This document shows positions 54,568 to 64,000 of a DNA stretch of 64,000 nucleotides, one piece after another. The translations under genes were made by a program, and so were the position numbers. The stretch covers positions 62,001 to 126,000 of the IMG/VR virus record IMGVR_UViG_3300045125_000071. One strand, written 5' to 3'. The notes below the pieces were generated by a model. The model had not been told where the DNA came from and made no database searches. It worked only from the letters and a program-made list of their open reading frames with translations. Position 1 is the stretch's first letter; the number at the start of each line of letters is the position of its first letter.

Positions 54568-55029
54568 ATGAAAAAAGTAATTCTATTATTATTTTTATTA
54601 ATTTCATATGTACAAGTAAATTCTCAAGATTTTATATCTAAAAATAGATATGCTGGGGATACTCTTTTGATTTTATTCATAATTGGTGGGGAACTAAATA
54701 CAGATACGGGGGTACAACAAAAAAAGGGATAGACTGTAGCGCTTTTACATTGAAATTATTTAATGATGTTTATGACGTTAATTTACCCAGAACCGCACAC
54801 GAACAATACAGAGCAACAAAAGAATCTCAAAAGAAGATTTAAAAAACGGAGATTTGGTTTTTTTAGAACCAGATACAAGTCTGGTTGGCATGTCGGTGTT
54901 TATTTAATCGATGGTTGGTTTGTACATTCAAAATCAAGGGTTGGGGTTGCTATTGACAATTTGAGAAATCCTTCTTATACTAGAATTTACTATGGTGCTG
55001 GTAGACATAATGAAATAAAACAATTTTAA
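54568..55029 (+). CDS. NlpC/P60 peptidase, frameshifted
   Basis: WWGTKYRYGG...GIDCSAF...LPRTA.EQ...VFF...HVGVY...FVHS. Confidence 0.85.
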
Positions 55030-55086
55030 TTTTCCTTATTTTTTAAAATAAGGTGGTGGAAGCATAACTATAACGGTTTGCCCAAT

Positions 55087-55112
55087 AAAGTCAGGTTTTC
55101 CTGACTTTTTTA
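55087..55112 (+). terminator. Intrinsic terminator whose stem equals the array acceptor stem
   Basis: AGTCAGG-TTTT-CCTGACT-TTTTT. Confidence 0.75.
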
Positions 55113-55142
55113 TTTGATATATTTATTTAATAAAGAGTTATA

Positions 55143-55811
55143 ATGGGTAAATTTATATTAACAGAAGAAGATAGGAATAGAATAAAAAAACTACATAATA
55201 TACAAGAACAATCAACAATTTTAGCACAAGTAAAAGGTGACTATACTGCTAGCAATTGTGATGAATTACATGCGTTCCAAGGTACTGGTGGTAAAACAAT
55301 TGGAAATATGAATGGTATCGTTAAAGATAAGATTTTGGAATTAAACAAACAAGGTCATAAAGTAAAAGTCACAAAAGTTAGTGTTGTTGTAAAAGGAATG
55401 AATGTTATTTGGACGGTTGATATAAGTAAAAGTGATGATAATAAAAATTGGGTAGGGTTTACTAGTAGAGGTGCTGGATGTAATAGTGATATTCAAAGAA
55501 GATGGAATAATGATAGTGTCGGCAATGGTGCTGCCTCAATAAAAAATAAAATTGAAAGTTCTGGATATGGTGCTGTTGATGAAATTGAATTAGTAAACAC
55601 ATTTACACATACGAGTGATGAGAATTCTTTCATTCAAGGATTTTATAGGTATTGTTTAATGGAAAATAATCAATCAACAAATATACAACCATCAACCAAT
55701 CAGCAAACAAACCAAGAAGAATATATTGTAGCATCATCAAATGATGCGAACACTTTTTACAAGAAATTAAAAATAAAACAAGAAATCAAAATATTGATAC
55801 AAGCTCAGTAA
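55143..55811 (+). CDS. Hypothetical (possible internal head) protein; continues to about 56040 after indel
   Basis: MGKFILTEEDRNRIKKLH leader. Confidence 0.55.
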   Translation: MGKFILTEEDRNRIKKLHNIQEQSTILAQVKGDYTASNCDELHAFQGTGGKTIGNMNGIVKDKILELNKQGHKVKVTKVSVVVKGMNVIWTVDISKSDDNKNWVGFTSRGAGCNSDIQRRWNNDSVGNGAASIKNKIESSGYGAVDEIELVNTFTHTSDENSFIQGFYRYCLMENNQSTNIQPSTNQQTNQEEYIVASSNDANTFYKKLKIKQEIKILIQAQ

Positions 55812-56042
55812 AAATTTCTTTTGAACCAGCGAGTAATTATTACAAATTAAAAATAAAAAAAGGAAAAACAGCTGTAAAACTTTTAGTATTAACATTAAAT
55901 ACAATTGATGATGATAAAGCTAACGTGTTTCCATCGAAAGATAATATATTAGCAAAAAATCCTGGTTCATATGTTATTAACCAAGAAAGATTTTCAGATA
56001 CCAATGGTATGAGAAGTTGGGCATTAATTGCTATTATCTGAT

Positions 56043-57515
56043 TTATTTTATCAAATATTTCATTATTCTTTTCATCTCGTTGATTTGATTATCAACTTGT
56101 GTTCTCTTTGCAATTTCAATTGCATCATCATAACTTAAATTAGGATTTTCATAATATGCATCCTCAACCGCAGCCATAGCAGCACCAATAGCTTTACCTT
56201 GTTTAAACCCGATGTTTATCAAATCATTTCCATTAATTGGTAATTTTGGCTTATTCTTATCCAATTGCATATTTAATTTTTCTAATCTATTCTTAACAAT
56301 TTCAATTTGTTCTGGCATGGAAGAATGTTCGCTATGCGCAATATTGTCCGCATGAATTAAATCCAAAATATCCTCAAGATTTTGACCAACTGTAACAACG
56401 AATTTCCTTAATGTCTTATCTGATATATTTGCAGCATCTGGTCCTCCATGTTTTAATCTCATATGGTTTTTTACACCAGCAACGACAGCATCAATCAATT
56501 CATTTGGATATTTTAACCTTATCATAATTTTTTTGACCATATCAGCCCCAACTTCCTCATGTTGATAAAAATGGACCGAACCTTCTGGTGATACAGTCTT
56601 CGTTAGAGTCTTGCCAATATCGTGAAATAACCCCATTAGACGCGTTTTAAGCCTGGGCGGTGTCTTTGATAGAACATCCATGCTGTGCATGAAAACATCG
56701 TCTTTATGGTGCGCATTTTGCCTCATACCAACAGCAGAATCAAACTCCCCTATGATATGTGACAATAGACCCGTAACCTTCATTAATCTGAACGCTTTTC
56801 TTGGGTCAGTAGTCATTAACATCTTATCTATTTCATCTCTAATTCTTTCAGATGAAATTGTTTTAATAAGTTCAGCATTCTTTTTAATATTTTTTATTAC
56901 GCTGGTTTCCATATCGAACCCATATTTGCAAGCAAATCTAATTGCCCTTAACATCCTCAATGGGTCTTCTTTGAATATTAATTCAGCGTCCTGCGTGGTT
57001 CTTATAATACCATTTTTGATGTCATCAATACCTTTACCACTAATATCTAAAATTTCACCTGTTGAAACATTTTTTAATAATGAATTTATAGTTAGGTCTC
57101 GCCTCAAAGCATCGTCCTCAATTTTACCAGCAACAACTTCAGGTTTTCTTGAACCAGGTGTATATTCTTCTTTTCTTGGTGCAACAAATTCTAATTCAAT
57201 TGATGGTAAATCTTGATTGTTATTATTAAGTGACAATTTGGCAGTTCCAAACTTAGGATATATGACAGGATTGCTGTCTTGTTTAAAATTACCCAATTCT
57301 TTACCTAACCATGTTGCGAAATTTATACCAGCATCTAAATTACCGATAACAGTAAAATCTAAATCCTTTGCTGGTTTACCCATTATTTCATCTCTCACAG
57401 CACCACCAGCTAAAAATACTTTATTCTCCCATTCTGTACCTTGAATTTTATTTTTCAAAAATTCTAATACAGTATATTCATCTGTTGATTCTAAAATTAA
57501 TTTTTTATAATACAT
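56043..57515 (-). CDS. cca: CCA-adding tRNA nucleotidyltransferase with HD domain
   Basis: LAGGAVRD...KDLDF, RKEEY..GSRKP loop, EDDALRRDLTINSL, EDPLRMLRAIRFA, ERI.DE, HH..DV..HS, FHDIGK. Confidence 0.92.
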   Translation of the reverse strand: MYYKKLILESTDEYTVLEFLKNKIQGTEWENKVFLAGGAVRDEIMGKPAKDLDFTVIGNLDAGINFATWLGKELGNFKQDSNPVIYPKFGTAKLSLNNNNQDLPSIELEFVAPRKEEYTPGSRKPEVVAGKIEDDALRRDLTINSLLKNVSTGEILDISGKGIDDIKNGIIRTTQDAELIFKEDPLRMLRAIRFACKYGFDMETSVIKNIKKNAELIKTISSERIRDEIDKMLMTTDPRKAFRLMKVTGLLSHIIGEFDSAVGMRQNAHHKDDVFMHSMDVLSKTPPRLKTRLMGLFHDIGKTLTKTVSPEGSVHFYQHEEVGADMVKKIMIRLKYPNELIDAVVAGVKNHMRLKHGGPDAANISDKTLRKFVVTVGQNLEDILDLIHADNIAHSEHSSMPEQIEIVKNRLEKLNMQLDKNKPKLPINGNDLINIGFKQGKAIGAAMAAVEDAYYENPNLSYDDAIEIAKRTQVDNQINEMKRIMKYLIK

Positions 57516-57564
57516 ATTTTAATAAATATTTGGTTTTTTATGTTCAATTTGTTATATTTTAAAT

Positions 57565-58321
57565 ATGAGACTCGTCTGCATATCGGATACCCATACAAAA
57601 CATAGGGAAGTTTTCAATGATTTAAAAAATATATTAATCCGAATGACTTCAATGTTTTGATTCATGCTGGTGATATTTCTTTTAGGGGTACTGAAAATGA
57701 AGTTACAAGATTTATATATGACTTGATGAATATTGATTTTTTGATTATAAAATATTCATTTCAGGTAATCATGACTGGTGTTTCCAAAAGATAAATGAAC
57801 CACATCATAAAGGTGATTATGATTGGTTTAAACATTTGATATTTGAGGAGAACTTAGCACAATCTAATGTAATTTATCTTGAAGATAAACAATTAATAAT
57901 TAAATCACCAGAGTTATCTAGACCCATAAAATTTTATGGTACACCATGGCAACCTGAATTCCATAATTGGGCTTTCAATTTACCCAGAAATGGTGAGGAA
58001 TTAGAATCTAAATGGAGCAATATTCCTGAAGATACTGATGTCTTAATTACACATACACCACCATATGGAATTGGTGATTATACATTAAGTAATCATCGCG
58101 CTGGATGTGAATTATTAATGTTTCGTTTGGAGCAAATAAATCCATTAGTCCATATATACGGACATATCCATGAAGGATATGGTGTCCAAATCAAAAATAA
58201 AACGATATTTGTAAATGCGTCAACTTGTGATAGAATGTACAACCCAACAAATGCACCGCAAATAATAGATATTAATGAAATATATGGTGAAGTTATTGCA
58301 TCACATTTTTATGCAGAATAA
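57565..58321 (+). CDS. Calcineurin-like metallophosphoesterase, frameshifted
   Basis: ISDTH, IHAGD, GNHD, THTPP, GHIHE. Confidence 0.88.
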
Positions 58322-58366
58322 CATTTACAATATCCTAAATATTTATTAATTATATACAAAAACAAT

Positions 58367-58552
58367 ATGGTAAAGAAATTTTTAGATTTTTTGAAATTGT
58401 CTTTTGCAAAAACACCAATTACTAAAAATGTAGTTGATGTCGAATTGAAAAATTCCGTATCTTTGTCATCTGAACCAGCAACAGATGTTGTTGAAAAAAA
58501 GAAAAGAGGTAGGAAGAAAAAGAAGAGTCTGCACAATAATATATGGGGGTGA
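58367..58552 (+). CDS. Small hypothetical protein
   Basis: Late motif upstream; basic KKKRGRKKK tail. Confidence 0.45.
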   Translation: MVKKFLDFLKLSFAKTPITKNVVDVELKNSVSLSSEPATDVVEKKKRGRKKKKSLHNNIWG

Positions 58553-58941
58553 CAGGTTTTGACAGGTAGTTGAATGGCAAACAGGCATGTCGGAGCAGAT
58601 TTAACTCCGTATAATCTGAATCAAAAAACAAAAGGCGAAGTTTATCGCAACATGGAAATTGCAGGTCTTCTTGCAACTTCTAAAGTGGCTGCCTAATTAG
58701 CACCTACTTAACGGGTCGATGGACACATAACCTTGGAACAGAAGTCCCTACGGTGTGGTTTCTACCAAAAAAGGAATAAAGGTCTCGTTAGGGGTACTAC
58801 CGATTAAAGTGAACCCCCACAGTTGTAGGTGATGATGGAAAAATAAGAACCTTCTATTTGTTGGTTATGAACTAATCAAATAAGCATGTAGGCTGTTTGT
58901 TAATCATTACTCTGGACTTGGCTTCAATGCCAACACCTCCA
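58545..58941 (+). ncRNA. ssrA: tmRNA; predicted tag (A)GEVYRNMEIAGLLATSKVAA at 58634-58696
   Basis: GGGGGTG/CACCTCC-A acceptor with G3:U70, 5' GACAGGTTTTGAC, T arm, tag ORF ending AA-TAA. Confidence 0.92.
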
Positions 58942-58944
58942 CTC

Positions 58945-58975
58945 AAAGGAGTCACAACTGTGACTCCTTTTTTTT
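58945..58975 (+). terminator. Intrinsic terminator after tmRNA
   Basis: aaaggagtcaca-act-gtgactcctttttt. Confidence 0.85.
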
Positions 58976-59112
58976 GTTTATCAATAAGGTATATAACGAA
59001 CAAAGAGACCTTTAGGGCCTCTTTGCCGAGATTGAATACCTCCTTTTCGTTTAAAATTTATCATCTAACGGTGACCAAACCAATTAGAGTCTATAATAAA
59101 TATCATGAATTT

Positions 59113-62100
59113 TTATAAACTTTGGGCTAAATTTTTTAAAAATTGTAAACCAAAAAATTTTCCAAAACCACCTGTTTTAGTGGGCGCATTTTCGGACCTA
59201 GAACCTATCATAGAAAGTTCATCTTCTGTTGTAACATTACCAACTAAATTTGAAAATGCTGGATTTCTAGCTAATTCATCTCTAAAATCAGCATCATTTT
59301 CAAATCTTTCTTCAAATGTTGTTATGCTCGGTATACCAAACGTATCTAATAAATTATTTGCCATTATAAATTTTCGAATATATGCCTTTCTATCTCTTGA
59401 ACCTTTGTATACAATGTTCCACCAATAAGATAACCAATTAGATGGTACTTTACCATTTTTTTCTAAATATTTTGCAAGTCTATCACCTCTAAAATATTTT
59501 TTTACACCCATAGCAACTGGTCCAGTACCAGTAACGGTTTTTAAAAGTGAACCAGTATTTGTTTCTAACTCTTTACCTATTGATTTACCAATATTAATTG
59601 GTTTTTTAAATATTCTTTCTAATACACTAGCATGTTGCTTAATAGATTCTCTCATACCTTCAGCCGCCTTTACACCAATGCCTGGAACCTTTTCTACCTG
59701 ATTGATTGTTTTACCAATTAAAGGGCTATCAATGTGGTTAGCTAACCTCATATACATTTTTTTCGCTTCAGGATTTTTTCTAAATATCTTATTAAATCAT
59801 CAGTACTCCTAAGAGCCAAACTAGTTGCTTTTCTACCTTTTTAAAAGATATATAAATGGTTTTGCTATTATATCACCAACAGTTGGGATTAATGCAATTA
59901 ACATAAGACCCGCATAAAGATATTTTCCTTGTAACAAATATCTGATAATAAGAATTATATCGGCTATTTCACCTATAACTGGTACAAAACCGACAACCAT
60001 TAAGGCATTCTCTATAAAATCTTCATTTATTAATATCTTTTCGTTTTTCATTCATGAATAATTTTACATAATTGATTTGCTATTGCTTCTGATGTTGGTG
60101 TCTTTCTTATAACATCACCAACAATATTGCCTAATCCTATTTCTGGAATATCTGACCAATTGTATTCATCATAACTTAACATAGGTGTATATTTTTTACC
60201 TTCTTTTTTTGCAAGTTTAGCTTTTTCTAACTCAATCTCATCTTCCATTTTTGTTTTCTTAAACCTCAACTTCTTATTCATTATATCTCTAATTATTACT
60301 TCTAAAATTGCATCTAATATATTCGGTAAATGTTTATTACAATATTCTCTGTTTTTGAATGGTATAAGTAAATCTTTATATGATAAATCCGCAAGTGCTA
60401 TTCCTAATTTTGTTGAAACTGATGGGCTGAAACCTATATATTCTAAAATGAATTTGATAGCAAATTCTTTTGCCATTGAATACATAGAGTCTTTAAACGC
60501 CTGACCATAATCAAATTTTGTGTTTGTTAAATCTTGTATGGAATTGCTTGCTTTATCAATATAATCAGTTATTTCATTAATATCATATCCCTCATTGATT
60601 AAATTAACAGCAACTATTGCATGTTTTTTAATCAATTCGTTATATGTGTTAGTTTCATTAATAGCAAAAGATTCCTCTAAAATCTCATTTCTTTTTTGAA
60701 TAAGATTTTTTGATACAATGTTTTTAACACTTAGATTTATTTGATTATTATTTCGCATTTGGTTATAACTTATTTTAACGAATCTGGTGTTTTTATTGGT
60801 TCTGGATTAAACTTACGATACCCTTGAGTTTGATAGTCTTTTTAAATTTATCCATAACCGCACGTTTTATATTTTCCGATGCTTCAGGTTCAGTTGTTTG
60901 TTTACCAGGACAATTTGCCATTATAGTATCATACATATCTTTTGTAATTACTTCTTGACCAGTTGTTGTTCCAAATAATTTTCTTCTTGTTTTTGGTCCA
61001 AAATATCCCCAAGCTGGTTCGATACCCTTACATATTTGAATATCTTTAATCATATCATTTTTACAACCATATGGTATATTATCTTTAATATCTGGACAAT
61101 CGCGGTATCTTGGTTCAGTACTTTTACGTTTTTTCAGAATCATCGTCAGTTTTGACTGGTTCTTCACCAAATTTAAAATTAATTTTACTTAAATCATCAT
61201 CTGTTGTTTCTCCGCCACTAACAACTTCACCACTTTCACCAGATTCTATTTTATCAATTAAATCTAATAATTGTTTTTTGATTCTGGAACCTTGTGCGGT
61301 TGTCATATATGATGATTTCACATCACTTCTTAACTTTGTTTTTGGCAAGACCAGCATCATAATATGCGTCTAAAAATTTTTGTCCTTTATTTGCGTTACT
61401 ATATCGCAAGAGTGTATTATATGCGTTTATCAAATTATTAGTAAATACTGGAGTATCTAACCAATCTATCATTTTTTCAACATCAGCATCCATAGATTCG
61501 TCAGATAATTCTGGATTAGTGGTTGCTTCGTTAATGAGATTTAAAAATATGTTTTGTAATTTATTTTTTCCATTTTAAAATGTTTTATTTACAATTATAA
61601 CTTGTTGATTCCCCAGTTTTTTGCGTTTATTACGTTTCCGTTTAGATAAAATTTAAGTCCATCTGGATATGTTGGTGTTTTAATAAATGCATATCCTTCA
61701 TCAAATAATTGAGCTTTATTTGCATCAATTAATTCAGCTACACAAGGTGGAAACCCTTCTGATTTTTTTGGTGCAGGTCCTTTATTTGGGTCGTCACTTC
61801 TATTCCACACAAGAAACGCTGGAATACCAATAACGGCTAATGCAGTAGCTGCTGTTTTATATGGATTTTTCTTAATGAAGTCTTTCCAATTACCAATAGA
61901 AAATTTACCACCGCCTCCAGGACCAGGACCAGGTGTTGGTCCACTACCTCCTGGTCCTGGTGTTGGTCCACTACCTCCAGATGCGGCACCTTGCGCTGCT
62001 TTTGTTTCAGCTGCAACAGCAAATTGTCTACTTTTAGCTTTGTTTTTTTCTATTATTTTTATTATATCATCACCATTCAATACTGTTTTAGAATCCATTA

Positions 62101-63859
62101 TTTCCTTAACAGCTAGCATTTTTGACGCTTCTTTTGTTTTTGGACCAACAGAAATACCTTTACCTAAAAATCCTGCTCTAATATCTGCATTAATAGCTGA
62201 TTTTAATTCTTTTTCTAACAAAGAGAACTCTTTACCTAATGCTGCATTTATAGCTTTTTCAGTTGTTATGAATTCTCTCGCTAACAATGAAATTTTAGCA
62301 TCTCTACTTAATGTTTTTAATTCTCTAGCAACTTTACTAATATCAACCTCACTCACCTCAAATTTTGATTCATTGATAAAATCACTAATTGTTTTTTTTG
62401 GAATGGTTATATCTTTTTTCATATTAAATTTTTTATTTTTTTTTAATCAAATGGGTCTTTACCACCATAATATTGGCGTATATTACTTAAAGTTTCTAAA
62501 TTTTTTCGTTGTGTTTTATTTAATCCTGTTTTGTATGTTGCATATGTATCCACACCTTTTTCAAAACCATACAAAACACCACTAGTTGATGCACCAGCTT
62601 TTAAAGCTGCTGGTGATTTCTTGCCTAATAATGATTCCAAAGATGATACAAACCTTTTCATTATTGATGAAAACCAGTCTAATGCTTGTGAAATAAAGCT
62701 GGCACCTTTAGGAAAAGTTTTTGCCATTGCTGATTTTGCCTGAGTTAAAAATTTAGGAACTTTACTTGCACCAGAAATCATAGATTTTATTAAACTAGCT
62801 AATTTAGGATTTTTACTTACTGCTACCTGTGCTTGTACTGGACTCATTTTTTTAGCGGTAATAAAGACGCTCTAGCGTTTTTTGCTAATACGCCAGTTGT
62901 GACTAAACCTAAAATATCAGTACCTAAATCAAAAAAATGCCCTAGCATAGAATCATTTTTTCATTTTCTGGCCAATCATTAGAAGTAATCTGATATATAT
63001 CTAATGCGGTTATTATTGCCCATGGTATCCAATGAAATGCTAAACCAACACCCGTGGCAATTAAAATTGCGTCAGCAATCATAACAACTGTGCTATACAT
63101 AGCTTCTTTTAATTTTCTGAAAACCCAACGTACACCCTTTGCTAAGGAAACTAAAATTTCTTTCCACTCACCTTTTGAGATTACAACACCAAATTCTTTT
63201 AATCCTTCCCAACCTTCTATAAACGCATCTTTTACACCCTTCCCAGCATCAGCTAATTTTTCACCAAACCACGTATCTTGAAAAAATTCCATTCTAATAA
63301 TATATTTCTTAGACCATGTAAATTTTGCTTTTCTTCAAATATTGGTAATTTTAAAATATTTTCTTTAATATTTTGATATTCTTTATTATTTTCTAACGAT
63401 ATGTTATTAAATATTGTTTTGAAGATATCAATTGAATCCCATAAGTTACCCAAACTACGTTGTTCTTTTATATCAAATACATCATCTTGTAGAATGAAAT
63501 ATCTACCATCAACGGTTGTACATAATTCAAAAATGTAATTTCTTTTGTTTTTTAAATTATACAATCCCTTAATTCTATTTTTTCGGATTCGTTTAAGTTA
63601 AACGGTGTATACATTTTTCTAGTTTACAATATATAAATATACAATTATAGTAAAGTGTTCCCCTTTCCTCTTTTAAAGATTGTCCAACAACATCTTTCCA
63701 TTTTGTAACAGCAATTTGATTTGCAGGACCTCTTGTAACACCGCTTTCCCATTTTGTTACTTGTGGGTATCCAGTACCACCGCCTTGTGTTGGTGTTGTT
63801 GATGCAGCAGCTGCGGCATCCTGTTCTTTCATTTCTTTTTTATTATTATAATAATTCAA
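59113..63859 (-). other. Minus-strand run of hypothetical (probable virion/internal) proteins: 59113-60051, 60048-60758, 60793-about 61575, 61595-62422, 62443-63564, 63593-63859; several fragmented
   Basis: Contiguous minus-strand ORFs with I/L-x-E-rich N-termini, Gly/Pro linkers and TM segments; no catalytic motifs recognised. Confidence 0.5.
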
Positions 63860-64000
63860 TATAAAATCATTTCCATACCCAGTACTAGATATTTCTTCTA
63901 TTGAAACTTCAATTGGTTCAATATTATTTTTTTCTCTTTATAATCTTCTAATTTTTCGGCACCAAAACCCTCAAAATATACTATAGGTTTACCATTAACC

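Noticed and set aside
61875-62585. Pro/Gly-rich 236-aa + strand ORF and GGSGPTPGPG tandem repeat
   Set aside because: Antisense shadow of 61595-62422; the repeat is a two-copy low-complexity linker
3362-63564. Programmed frameshifting or mass pseudogenisation
   Set aside because: Breaks hit essential genes (portal, protease, terminase) and sit in homopolymer runs; uncorrected long-read indels are the simpler explanation

Overview
AT-rich 64 kb segment of a large T4-like (jumbo) myophage. The host is most likely Bacteroidota: TAnnTTTG promoters, a GE-starting tmRNA tag and a Bacteroidota-type bS21 all point that way. The first 38 kb carry glycosyltransferases, dUTPase, PhoH, a sigma-like factor, baseplate/virion genes and a minus-strand head module (major capsid, scaffold, prohead protease, portal, terminase) with a phage bS21 on the opposite strand. 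The terminase is fractured by an atypically split intein around a Vsr-like endonuclease. ClpC-like and RNA end-healing genes follow. From 38.7 to 59 kb lies an RNA-rich island: tRNA-Leu(UAA) with a group I intron, tRNA-Met/Arg/Pro, tmRNA, a CCA-adding enzyme, a GOLLD-sized RNA and other structured RNAs. The standout is an array of 15 complete (plus divergent and partial) tRNA-shaped RNAs. They share an AGTCAGG/CCTGACT acceptor stem, a Leu-type D arm and a T arm, but each replaces the anticodon arm with a different folded insert, like a natural tRNA-scaffold library. Many genes are broken by single-base indels in homopolymers, most likely sequencing/assembly errors, so coordinates of fragmented CDSs are approximate. 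All family assignments come from motif recognition by eye; no searches or folding programs were run.
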